A DNA stretch of 64,000 nt from positions 25,485-89,484 of the forward strand of contig JBHLRO010000006.1 of NCBI GenBank assembly GCA_048882505.1. The letters are read 5' to 3'. A model generated the notes under the pieces. The model saw only the letters and a list, made by a program, of their open reading frames with translations. It had not been told where the DNA came from and ran no database searches. Each line of letters opens with the position of its first letter. Within the stretch, counting starts at the first letter, position 1. Source of the DNA: Candidatus Thorarchaeota archaeon. Lineage in GTDB: Archaea; Asgardarchaeota; Heimdallarchaeia; Hodarchaeales; Hodarchaeaceae. Shown here piece by piece: positions 19,906 to 29,363 of the stretch. The translations under genes and the position numbers were made by a program.

Positions 19906-21408
19906 TCAACTAGGGAAATACTCGTAATCGTTACGAACTTTAATTGAGTCCGCAATATAATTTTCAATCATTGATTTCTCAATTTTTGTTCCGAAAGAAG
20001 AATTGGCAGCCACGATATTCTTCCATTCCATGTAGTTTTCTTGGATTTCATTTTTGATATGGACAATTCGTTCTTCTAGCCTTGCCTGACCTAGATTTTG
20101 AACCACTGACCTAGCCTCGTCTACTTTTTCAAGTGCTTTCTCAATGTTTCCACGAATCAGCCAGATCTGTGCCTTAATGGCGAGAATTTCTGCCAATAAA
20201 GAGTTAGATTTTAGGTTGTCCGCGATTTGATACATTTCGTCTGTTAGACCATGCAGTTCGTTAATGACTTCGTCATCCTCAGCGATCTTCAGTTCAAGGA
20301 TTAAGAGAGAACATAAATTGAGATAGATGTCTATCTTTTCATAAGCAGATAAATTCTGAATTGTGAGCAATTTCTTAAAAATTGCCTGGCTTCTAGCCAG
20401 GTTCCTTACTCTTTTCCCTTGCATCGTTAGAAGTGCGTCAGTAAATTCGCAGAAATATGCAATCCTCTCCGAACGTGTCTGATTATAGAGTTCCTTTAAT
20501 TGTTCGTATTGGAATTTGGCTCCATCTATATTATTCTGACTTAGCTCGATCAACGCCAAATCTTTCAGGTCGTATCCCACAGAGTGATACATTTCCGTGT
20601 CCATTCTAATTTTTTTCGCCTTAGTAATGAGTTCTGCGGCTCGTTCATTATTTCCTGCTTTGAAATAGACTCTACCCAGTACTTCATGATAACACGCAAC
20701 TGCCCAGAGGGTACATCGTTCTTCGACAACCTGTAACGCCTGCTCACCATATTTCAGTGCTTCATCAAGCTCTCCTTTTCGTAGATGGATTTCGGATAAG
20801 GTTCCATATTGACAACACAGATAAGGTTTCTCAGTAGTTAATGCGATTGCAATACTCTTATGAATGCTTGAAATTCCCTTTTCCAGATCTCCAATTTCAC
20901 AATACATATTCCCCATGTCATTATACAACTTGGTTAGGATGTAGGGAAGATCTGCTTTCTCTCCAATGGCAATCGCCTTTTTCATGTAGTTTATTCCATC
21001 TGAATATTTCCCTTCAGCAAGGGCACAAAATGCCCTCACTCCATACGCGGTTGCCGCCCAAACCATTCCCGCTCGGTCTTCTGGAAGCGGATTTTCTTCA
21101 ATTTGCTTTAACACACCATCAATCACCTTGGTTGCTTCAAATCCCTTGTATTCGCGGAGTAACACCCTGCTTTGGACGATTTTCAACATCAGGTTTTCGA
21201 ATGGCGGTAATTCTCCATACTCTCTGTTAATTATAGGTGCAATGAGACTCCGTACTGTTGTTAAATCTCCGTGTAGAATTGTGAAAAATGCGTCATAGAT
21301 ATCGCCCTTTATTTGGTTTTGTTTCTTCAGCTCCTCTATTCGGTCATATGCTTGATTAATATTTCCCCCCCAAAAATCGGAAAAGATGTGATATTCCAAC
21401 TTCATCAT
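19906..21408 (-). CDS. TPR/alpha-solenoid repeat protein
   Basis: 500 aa with repeated 34-aa-like helical hairpins carrying W/L/G/Y/A/F/A/P-type positions (e.g. AIAIALTTEKPYLCCQYGTLSEIHLRKGELDEALKYGEQAL; LGRVYFKAGNNERAAELITKAKKI). No TM segments. It is divergent from the Rab-like GTPase gene. Confidence 0.55.
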   Translation of the reverse strand: MMKLEYHIFSDFWGGNINQAYDRIEELKKQNQIKGDIYDAFFTILHGDLTTVRSLIAPIINREYGELPPFENLMLKIVQSRVLLREYKGFEATKVIDGVLKQIEENPLPEDRAGMVWAATAYGVRAFCALAEGKYSDGINYMKKAIAIGEKADLPYILTKLYNDMGNMYCEIGDLEKGISSIHKSIAIALTTEKPYLCCQYGTLSEIHLRKGELDEALKYGEQALQVVEERCTLWAVACYHEVLGRVYFKAGNNERAAELITKAKKIRMDTEMYHSVGYDLKDLALIELSQNNIDGAKFQYEQLKELYNQTRSERIAYFCEFTDALLTMQGKRVRNLARSQAIFKKLLTIQNLSAYEKIDIYLNLCSLLILELKIAEDDEVINELHGLTDEMYQIADNLKSNSLLAEILAIKAQIWLIRGNIEKALEKVDEARSVVQNLGQARLEERIVHIKNEIQENYMEWKNIVAANSSFGTKIEKSMIENYIADSIKVRNDYEYFPS

Positions 21409-21923
21409 TCTCCCATATTGAATTCTATTGCATGAAATTAACTAATGAGTACTTCTTCTTCCTTATTTGATGAAAGAGTAATGACTTAGGAAGAATTATA
21501 TGTCAATAAAATTATTATTCATTCTTATCTGAACTTCGTAATTAGATCACGATTAGTTCGCCTCTTCATGAAAACTTTTCAAATCGGATGAAAGGCTCGG
21601 GGTTCTGGCTGGTGTCGGAACTACGGCGCAAGAATTTGCAACCTCCAATAACGCTGGGAAAAGTTGGTGTGCGGACGGGTTGGGAGATAAACAAAGTTAC
21701 TCCGCGACATGAATTCAAAGCGTTTTCAACAGCTTCCGATAAAAACCGTTTTTAGCAAAGCATATGGATGAAAAAAGGTGATAGCTAGAGGAGAACGAAA
21801 AACAGTCTATCCTGGGCCTCGCAGGGTTATGGTAGAGCTAATGGGAAAAAATGCTAAACTGCGGCCCGTGATTATTGATTTGTTTCCATAGTTAAATCCA
21901 ATTCCTTCCTATTAGGAAGTAAA

Positions 21924-22553
21924 TTGGTAAAGGTTTTTGAAGGAGGAGAACCCCTCAAAATTGAACAGGTGGAAGAGCTGAACATAGACGAAATAATCCT
22001 CAAGATCTGCTCTATCGGTGATTACCAGGTGGGTAAAACCAGTCTTATTCACAGATATGCAGAGAATGTATTCAGTGAAGATTATTTACCTACCTTGGGG
22101 GTTGATATTACTACGAAACGTATTATTGTAGATGATACACCGATTAAATTGATTTTAATGGACACAGCAGGACAGGAACAGTTCGGTCGTATTCGTCGGT
22201 CGTATTTCCTAGGATGTGCAGGTTGTCTGATTGTCTACGATGTTACAAGGCGCGATTCTTTTGAATCTCTGGAACGATGGGTCAGAGAGTTTCGTTCCGG
22301 ACAACAACGAGAGAACAAGCCCATTGCGATTATAGGGAATAAGAACGATCTTAAGCAGGAGCGTCAGGTCGGGCGGCAGGAAGGGGAATCGTTTGCCAAG
22401 GTCATGGCAAATGTCTCCTTTTACGAATGTTCGGCGAAACTAGGGGGTCCTGAAATCCCCAGAATTTATGAAAATATTTCTCGTCAATACCTCAAATCGG
22501 TTCAATCGGGGCGGAATAGGGGGGACAAGGAACCGACTATGGTAACCCGATGA
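21924..22553 (+). CDS. Rab/Ras-like small GTPase
   Basis: 209 aa. Motifs: G1 GDYQVGKTSL, switch I LPTLGVDI, G3 DTAGQE, G4 GNKNDL, G5 ECSAK. The start is uncertain (TTG at 21924; a GGAGGAG ribosome-binding site sits at 21942-21948). Confidence 0.85.
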   Translation: MVKVFEGGEPLKIEQVEELNIDEIILKICSIGDYQVGKTSLIHRYAENVFSEDYLPTLGVDITTKRIIVDDTPIKLILMDTAGQEQFGRIRRSYFLGCAGCLIVYDVTRRDSFESLERWVREFRSGQQRENKPIAIIGNKNDLKQERQVGRQEGESFAKVMANVSFYECSAKLGGPEIPRIYENISRQYLKSVQSGRNRGDKEPTMVTR

Positions 22554-22885
22554 GACCATCGATTTCAAAGGCGGAGACTCCACGTACTACCAGCATTTTT
22601 TCGGCCGCTACACCGAGATCAGGATTGGATGGTTTCTATCACGGTTATCCGTAAAGCTACTCCCCTCTTGATTCGTTAGTTTTTATCAAATCCGCTTAAA
22701 TTACCTGATTGGTTTGTTTGCTTGGAAGATGAGCAAAGCGGCTTTGGAATTGGATCGACATTCAAGGGCGTCCTGCACAGAGAGCATCCAACAAAGCTCG
22801 GTTGCTCAAAGAATTCATCTTATGTCCTCTGCCAAGAGTACGTTGACTTTCCCCCTTAATCGATGTATCTGATCATTGAGAAATA

Positions 22886-23329
22886 TTAAGATAATTTTCT
22901 GACCTTCTTAAGAATTAAGACAAGAATAAAGGCCGTCAAACCTGAAATAAATCCGATTAAAATGATCGGTAAGTAGGATTGTGCCAATTTGGTGTAATAG
23001 ATTCCAAAAATATATGGGGAAGTCGAATCGTACAGAGAACCGACCATTTCGCCTGCAATAAGCCAACCTACTGTAATTAATGCGAATAATATCACAGGCC
23101 ACAAGACTGCGGAAAATATCGAGTGAACTATACTACCATTATTGATAGAAAATGAATTCCCACTGAGACTTTCAATAGTAATTGAGTCTGCAAGACTCCA
23201 AACTGATACCGACGGTTGCGCGAGGATGAAAAAATATAATATGCCGAGTAAGTACCATATCACAATCCATAAAGGCAATACAAAACCAATAGGTCGGTAT
23301 TTTATCGAAATATCTCTCTTCTCATGCAT
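22886..23329 (-). CDS. small integral membrane protein (4 TM)
   Basis: 147 aa with four hydrophobic helices. It lies between two GTPase genes. Confidence 0.4.
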   Translation of the reverse strand: MHEKRDISIKYRPIGFVLPLWIVIWYLLGILYFFILAQPSVSVWSLADSITIESLSGNSFSINNGSIVHSIFSAVLWPVILFALITVGWLIAGEMVGSLYDSTSPYIFGIYYTKLAQSYLPIILIGFISGLTAFILVLILKKVRKLS

Positions 23330-23676
23330 CTTGAACCCTTGAGGTAATTAACAAAAAACGGATATTTAAAGCATCCGCAAGTGTTCTTGGGCTCCCAAAG
23401 GGACTCCCTTTGAAATCCTTGAGCTACATCTGATTTTGGAGTTTTGAACAGCTACATGTGTCCAATACGTGCAATTATGATTCAATAGTTTCCATTAGAC
23501 CAATATGTCTATCCTTACTGTGTTCAAAACATATTAGAAGGAAAATAGCTTCAATTGGGGGAAAGAAATGGACAAAGAGGGATTCCATGCCTTTTTACTT
23601 ACTGGGATGAAATTGCTCCCCTCTGCATTGTTTTATTTGAGAATCTTAAAAAAATTGGACAATAAAACTAAACTAG

Positions 23677-24564
23677 ATGAGCAGGATGACCACTCCAAGT
23701 GGAATTTATAGCGTGATGATATACAGCCTAGAATCACGTCGCATTCTCATTCATCGAATATATTCTCGGGATGAATCTGTGGTTAATAATCTAGACACGC
23801 TTTATTCAACCATTGTGTCCTTTAAAGGTGAAAACGAGGGGAAAGAAGATGTGTCAACGTTTCCAATGAAAACTAGAAAAATCTTAATTACTTCCGCTGA
23901 AAACTTAATCTTCATGATTGTGGTTGCACCCCATTATGGAACTATCGAAGCGGAAAAAATCCTATCTCATATCAGGGCATCATTTTTCCGTAAATATCCT
24001 CTTGGTGATTGCAACTGGCATTTTGATGAACACATGAACTATCTCGTGGGATTTAAAGCCGTCATAGATGAGATAGTGGAACACTTCGGCGACCCAAAGA
24101 CCATAGTAAAAATCGTGCTGATGGGAATAGACTACGCGGGCAAAACGACGTTAACACATGCTTACGCGGGGAGTAATTATCGAGATTATCTCCCTACAAT
24201 GGGACTGGACATTCTAAGAATAGAATACAAGAATAAACACATTCGTTTATGGGATCTTGGCGGGCAAATGCTGTTTAGAAGCTTATGGCCTAAGTTTGCG
24301 AATGAAGCATCTGGAATAATTTTTGTCGTTGATTCAGCCACAACCCGGTGGAGCGAAACCAAAGAAGTATTTGAAATCTCTCTGCTGTTTAAATTACCCT
24401 ATATCATATTTGCTAACAAACAGGATATAGTAAAACGAGCACAAAGCATTAACTTCATTGCGGAGAGGTTACAAGTTCCTGAAGAAAAAATAGTAAAAGG
24501 GAGTGCTTTATTGAACAAAGGGATCTATGAAGTCTTAGATGGGTTACTGGATGAAATTGGTTGA
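23677..24564 (+). CDS. Arf-like small GTPase with N-terminal longin/roadblock-like domain
   Basis: 295 aa. The N-terminal ~135 aa show beta-beta-alpha-beta-beta-alpha-like alternation (IYSVMIYSLESRRILIHRIY / VVNNLDTLYSTIV / ILITSAENLIFMIVVAP / TIEAEKILSHIRASFF). The C-terminal G-domain has G1 GIDYAGKTT, switch I PTMG, G3 WDLGGQ and G4 ANKQD, which are the Arf/Arl-type forms of these motifs. Confidence 0.8.
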   Translation: MSRMTTPSGIYSVMIYSLESRRILIHRIYSRDESVVNNLDTLYSTIVSFKGENEGKEDVSTFPMKTRKILITSAENLIFMIVVAPHYGTIEAEKILSHIRASFFRKYPLGDCNWHFDEHMNYLVGFKAVIDEIVEHFGDPKTIVKIVLMGIDYAGKTTLTHAYAGSNYRDYLPTMGLDILRIEYKNKHIRLWDLGGQMLFRSLWPKFANEASGIIFVVDSATTRWSETKEVFEISLLFKLPYIIFANKQDIVKRAQSINFIAERLQVPEEKIVKGSALLNKGIYEVLDGLLDEIG

Positions 24565-24627
24565 GCACTTAATTGTCTAAATCAAAGAGGAAGTGAATGT
24601 TTTTAGCCATTAAAGGAAGGTCTAAGA

Positions 24628-26361
24628 ATGATGGAAACATCAGAAGTGGCTACGATTGAGAAATTGCAGGAAAAGCTCAAATTCCGTCGAAAAGTTGAAA
24701 GGGCGATTGGGGATATTTCGACTTATCTTGTTTTTTCAAGTAGTTTCAACCTGTCCATCGAATATTTCCTCTCCGAAATCGCAGAACTATACCATTTCTA
24801 TTTTGTAGATGGGGCAGCTGTTTGTTTATTTGATGAACCTTCTAATGACCAAATTTCGGTACTTGGATGGAATTCAGAAAAAAATATAGATAATCGTGTA
24901 AATCTTAAGGAATTTCCGATTGGAAATTTCATCTGGTTCCAAAACCAGATCAAAGCAGGGCGCGAACTTGTTCTCACTGAAACTTATGAATTCTCGAATG
25001 AGGCCCAACCAGAAAAAGCCTTTTTTAGTGAACATACTATCAAATCCCTCATCGCAATCCCTATCTTCACTCCTGAATATATTGCGGGTACATTTGTGCT
25101 GGTTAGCCTATCCAACCAGGTGTGGCAGGAGGAAGATCTTCGTACCCTTAGATTGTTCGCTGAACTTTTGGGTACAGCAATCTTTCGAAAAAAAACGGAG
25201 GAGACGCTTTCAAAGGCGAGAGACTATTTAAAGGCTCAAATTGACCGAAAAACTGAGGATTTAAGCACTGAAAAGCAAAGAATCGAATTGATCCTGAATA
25301 CAATAAAGGATGGAGTCATCGTACTTGATCAAGATGGGAAGGTGACCATGGCTAATGAAACCTCAAAGCGATTTTTTAATCTGATTATGGATTTGCCGCT
25401 GATTATAGGCGTTAACCTAGTTTTAAGCACTGGAAATACGTTTTTTAGAACCATAAGAGGTCTCTTTTTGTCGTTTTTTAAAAACGAAGTGACAATTGAA
25501 CCTAAAAAGGGACTCCATCTTCAAATTGCCTCGGCTCGGGGAAAATATCCTGCCCTTCATACCTCCGGCATGATAATTGAGCTTCGAGACGTTACAGCGT
25601 TTATAGAGTTTGACAATATGCGAAAGCGATTCGTTTCTACCGTGAGTCATGAACTTCGAACCCCGATTACGGTTATTAATCAGTCCATCAATAATTATGA
25701 GAAATATGGAAATAAACTGCCAGAAAAGACCAAAACGAAATTATTCTCTGCAATCGCACGGAATTCCCGACTGCTTTATGAACTGGTGGAGGACCTACTT
25801 TTGATTTCTAAAATAGATGAACGAAGGATCGATGAGAGAGGATTTGAGCTCCATTGGCAGGACTACGATATAAAACAGATTATAGATGAAGTCACAACGC
25901 AATTAGAGCCCAGGGCCAAGGCCAAGGATATTAATATCCTTAAATCGGGTTTTGTGAAAGCGCCTATGTTTGGGGACCCGAATCGTGTTGCTCAGATATT
26001 TCGTGCATTAATTGATAATGCCATCAAATATTCTGGCAGTTCAAGTATAATTAGGATTACAGGAAAGGATGATTATACGGGAAAATACAATACGCAGGGA
26101 ATAAATGGAATTCTTGTTAAAGTTATCGATTCGGGGATTGGAATAGACGGGGAGGATCTACCAAAAGTATTTAATAGATTTTTTCGGGCCAAAAGTGTAA
26201 GTCACATATCGGGAACAGGATTAGGGTTAGGTATTGCTCGTGATCTTGTGAAGATGCATAAAGGGGAATTGTTTGTTGAAAGTGCCTTAGGAAAGGGAAC
26301 TATTACGCTTGTGTTTTTGCCTAGAATCACCGAGGCCGAGTTAAGACCTGAAGAGAGCTAA
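24628..26361 (+). CDS. cytoplasmic sensor histidine kinase (GAF-like + PAS + HisKA + HATPase_c)
   Basis: 577 aa with no TM segments. PAS: LILNTIKDGVIVLDQDGKVTMANETSKRFF. H-box: VSHELRTPITVI. N-box: DNAIKYS. G1: DSGIGI. G2: GTGLGLGIARDLVKMHKGELFVES. Confidence 0.9.
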   Translation: MMETSEVATIEKLQEKLKFRRKVERAIGDISTYLVFSSSFNLSIEYFLSEIAELYHFYFVDGAAVCLFDEPSNDQISVLGWNSEKNIDNRVNLKEFPIGNFIWFQNQIKAGRELVLTETYEFSNEAQPEKAFFSEHTIKSLIAIPIFTPEYIAGTFVLVSLSNQVWQEEDLRTLRLFAELLGTAIFRKKTEETLSKARDYLKAQIDRKTEDLSTEKQRIELILNTIKDGVIVLDQDGKVTMANETSKRFFNLIMDLPLIIGVNLVLSTGNTFFRTIRGLFLSFFKNEVTIEPKKGLHLQIASARGKYPALHTSGMIIELRDVTAFIEFDNMRKRFVSTVSHELRTPITVINQSINNYEKYGNKLPEKTKTKLFSAIARNSRLLYELVEDLLLISKIDERRIDERGFELHWQDYDIKQIIDEVTTQLEPRAKAKDINILKSGFVKAPMFGDPNRVAQIFRALIDNAIKYSGSSSIIRITGKDDYTGKYNTQGINGILVKVIDSGIGIDGEDLPKVFNRFFRAKSVSHISGTGLGLGIARDLVKMHKGELFVESALGKGTITLVFLPRITEAELRPEES

Positions 26362-26449
26362 AAGATTTGAGTTTTGATAGCTTTTTAAGAACGGAAAGGA
26401 GAAGTCAAGTGAGTAGAGTACGGAGGCCCGAAGGATTTCAGACTTAATT

Positions 26450-26815
26450 ATGGTCGTAGAAGACAATCCTGATGTTTTGTTTAATCTAGTGGTAACGCTT
26501 GAAGCTAATGGATATGAAGCAGAAGTTGCCACAAATGGTAAGGAAGCCACAAGAGTTCTGTTGAAAAAAGATCCCGAATCACTACCAAGTCTAATAATCA
26601 GTGATATTATGATGCCGGAAATGGACGGGTACGAATTCTACCAATTTTTACAGGGGGATCAAGCATACAAGCATATACCCCTAATCTTTCTCTCCGCCCT
26701 CGCGACACCAGATGATATTCGCTTTGCGGAAATATTGGGTGCCAAAGATTACATAACAAAACCATATAATGAAGAAAAGTTGCTTACCTTGATTAGAGAG
26801 AAACTGGACGGGTAA
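26450..26815 (+). CDS. single-domain CheY-like response regulator (receiver only)
   Basis: 121 aa. MVVEDNPDVLFNLVVTLEANGYEAEVATNG...LIISDIMMPEMDGYEF...YITKPYN contains the phospho-acceptor Asp (DIMMP) and the conserved Lys (TKP). It lies 88 nt downstream of the HK gene on the same strand. Confidence 0.85.
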   Translation: MVVEDNPDVLFNLVVTLEANGYEAEVATNGKEATRVLLKKDPESLPSLIISDIMMPEMDGYEFYQFLQGDQAYKHIPLIFLSALATPDDIRFAEILGAKDYITKPYNEEKLLTLIREKLDG

Positions 26816-26822
26816 GTGATCC

Positions 26823-28067
26823 TCAAAATTCATAGAGGCCCCAACTGGCCGAGACTGTTCTCGGTTGTTGATCCACATGGATTCGTATGATTCTAGAGAA
26901 CCCGAAAACGTTTCCTAGACCTGTTAATAACCCTTCGATAACCCCTATAATTAGAAGTGAGCTTCCTTCTCGTGGTATCTCGATGTCTACCTGCATTCCA
27001 CCAGCAATATTACTTATTTCCACCCCAATTAGCTGATGAACTGGTTTATCCAGCATTTTACCTATATTTCCAGATAACCAATCCCTGAAGATATTGTTTG
27101 CCAGACTTTCGCCATAAGGAACGGAGAGCGCCTTAATTTTTTTCCAAAACTCTTTCGAGTCCGATTCAGGAGCTAGCTCTCCAGATAGGGTTTTCCATAC
27201 GTGGTTCTGAGTCTCAAAGAATATCGAACTTCTTAAAACATTGATCAATAGATCTTGGGGAATCATTCGGGCTAGAATTCGCATGAAGGCCAAGTAAAGA
27301 GAATCATCCAAGATGGAAGAAAGGAATACAGAATAACGGGGCCAGATAAACAGACCTTTAAAAGCCTTTAAGAAGTCTAAGAGATTGGGTTGGAGCTCGC
27401 TCACCTTGTTAGGATCATACTTATGAGCTAATAATCCGATGAAGGGCGATTCCTTCATTGCTTTGAGAACATTCATAATATCGGTTAGGTAAATGTACGC
27501 CTCTTCGAATTCGGCTGGGTTTTGGATATCAACCATGAAAATTAATGCTGTTAGGTTTTTCCACTTAAATTCGTCATAAACATGTTTTTTTACGTATTCC
27601 GTCTGTCCGCCTAAATCAAAAATGGTTAATTCAGTTTTTAAAACGTCTATGAACGAATTAAAAATAGAATAATCGACAGTTGGTCTGATCCTATCCAACT
27701 GTTCTTTGTTCCAGGAATCAAAAAATCCACGAATGGCTGTGGTCTTTCCTGCTTTTCTTAATCCTGCAACAACTATTTTAGGAAGTTTCCTCCTGGGTTT
27801 CTGAGAGGGAGGTGCGGGCAATTTGAATTCATGCGTAAACCATTCATCGAAAAACGAGTCAACTTTCTCTGTAACCTCAGGTGTAATGAAATCCAACTCT
27901 TGGTCTTTGAATCGCTCTTCAATACTATTCCCCAGATTTTCAATTATCGGATAGAGATCGTCCGAACTAGTACCTAGTGGAGTCATGACTGAGACCAGTA
28001 CAGAAGCGAACCTTTTTACATGTAGTTGGGAATTTGAAAAAACAAGCTCCTGAATGTCATCTTTCAC
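26823..28067 (-). CDS. Rag/Gtr-like small GTPase with C-terminal roadblock-like domain and N-terminal extension
   Basis: 414 aa. Motifs: G1 VVAGLRKAGKTT, G3 FDLGGQ, G4 LAHKYD. The HKxD form of G4 (instead of NKxD) is diagnostic of the Rag/Gtr family. The C-terminal ~150 aa carry a roadblock-like strand/helix pattern (VHQLIGVEISNIAGGMQVDIEI...SSLLIIGVIEGLLTGL). There is an N-terminal extension of about 95 aa. Confidence 0.7.
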   Translation of the reverse strand: MKDDIQELVFSNSQLHVKRFASVLVSVMTPLGTSSDDLYPIIENLGNSIEERFKDQELDFITPEVTEKVDSFFDEWFTHEFKLPAPPSQKPRRKLPKIVVAGLRKAGKTTAIRGFFDSWNKEQLDRIRPTVDYSIFNSFIDVLKTELTIFDLGGQTEYVKKHVYDEFKWKNLTALIFMVDIQNPAEFEEAYIYLTDIMNVLKAMKESPFIGLLAHKYDPNKVSELQPNLLDFLKAFKGLFIWPRYSVFLSSILDDSLYLAFMRILARMIPQDLLINVLRSSIFFETQNHVWKTLSGELAPESDSKEFWKKIKALSVPYGESLANNIFRDWLSGNIGKMLDKPVHQLIGVEISNIAGGMQVDIEIPREGSSLLIIGVIEGLLTGLGNVFGFSRIIRIHVDQQPRTVSASWGLYEF

Positions 28068-28548
28068 GATTTCCTTAGAGAACTGAATTAATGCCGAAAG
28101 AAATCCCGATATTAGCTGACTGTCATGGTCCAGAAAGAACGAGGGTTCAAAGTTTTTTTGATAAAGCTCTATCCCTGTGTCAATGTTTATGACTGAAATC
28201 CGTTTAATGGAAGATTGAGAAGGATCTGACGTCGTTGATTTCGCTCCAGTCTGCGAAGATTGAGGATTACAACTTACGTTATGAATACTTTAGTCGAGAA
28301 ATATCCCGTACAATGTATTTCCGAACTGGAATACTATGATGTTCATGTGACCGATTCTCCTTAAGGGTGAAGGAAATTCGTCTGATGCACTGAAACTTGT
28401 CAAACCATATTTATTAACTTAGTCATATTTATCGATTTCAGAAATTCTCTAGCAGGTTTTCAAATGTTCACTAAAAGCAAAATGTTTTGAAGAAGTATTG
28501 ATATGATAAAGAAAGCATAAGTGAACGATCCCCATTGGAGTGAAGTAA

Positions 28549-29268
28549 ATGGGAAAAGACAACAACGGTCAGGAATACGAATCGTTTTATGATCTTTGGG
28601 AACGTATAAAAAGCGAAGAATTAACTATTTTACCAGAAGAATCCAAAACCCATATTGAAGAGAATTTATTCCTTGATGAACAAGGAGGGGAGTATTTTAT
28701 GAAGATTGTATTAGCAGGGGATGGTGCCGTTGGAAAAACTTCCTTAAGACGAAGTTTTTTAGGCGAGGATTTTTCATTTGACTACCAAACGACAATCGGA
28801 GCCGATTTTGCCACCCATCGGGAACAAATAGCCAATCGATCCGTGAAATTTGTAATTTGGGATCTGGCAGGCCAACCCCAGTTTCATCAGGTAAGAAAAA
28901 CGTTCTATTCCGGGGCACACGGAGCACTTGTTGTATGTGATTTAACCAATCCCACCTCGTTCGAAAACCTGAAGCACTGGATAAATGAACTATGGCGATA
29001 CAATGCGGAAGGGCCCGTGCCCTTTGTCATTGTGGGAAACAAATGCGATCTTAGGGATTTGGGATATGCAAGAATTTCTGATAAAAAGATTCATTCTGTT
29101 ACAAAAATCATTAATGAAGAAACCTCACGGAAAAGTGGGTTTGGCGTCAAATCCATTACCACAAGTGCACGAACGGGGGAAGGAGTAATAGAAGCGTTCA
29201 AGCAGTTAGCTGTCCAAATTATTGCACATCGTAACTACATCAGGAGAAAGCGTCAAAAACCCGAGTAA
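28549..29268 (+). CDS. Rab-like small GTPase with ~50-aa N-terminal extension
   Basis: 239 aa. Motifs: G1 GDGAVGKTSL, switch I YQTTIGADF, G3 WDLAGQ, G4 GNKCDL, G5 TSAR. Confidence 0.85.
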   Translation: MGKDNNGQEYESFYDLWERIKSEELTILPEESKTHIEENLFLDEQGGEYFMKIVLAGDGAVGKTSLRRSFLGEDFSFDYQTTIGADFATHREQIANRSVKFVIWDLAGQPQFHQVRKTFYSGAHGALVVCDLTNPTSFENLKHWINELWRYNAEGPVPFVIVGNKCDLRDLGYARISDKKIHSVTKIINEETSRKSGFGVKSITTSARTGEGVIEAFKQLAVQIIAHRNYIRRKRQKPE

Positions 29269-29363
29269 CCTGCGCGTAACTAATGGACGAATTTCAGATG
29301 GTAATTCTGTTTAAGAAAAATTGCTGTCCATGGTAGAAAAGACTTCTACGAAACGTTCCGCAG

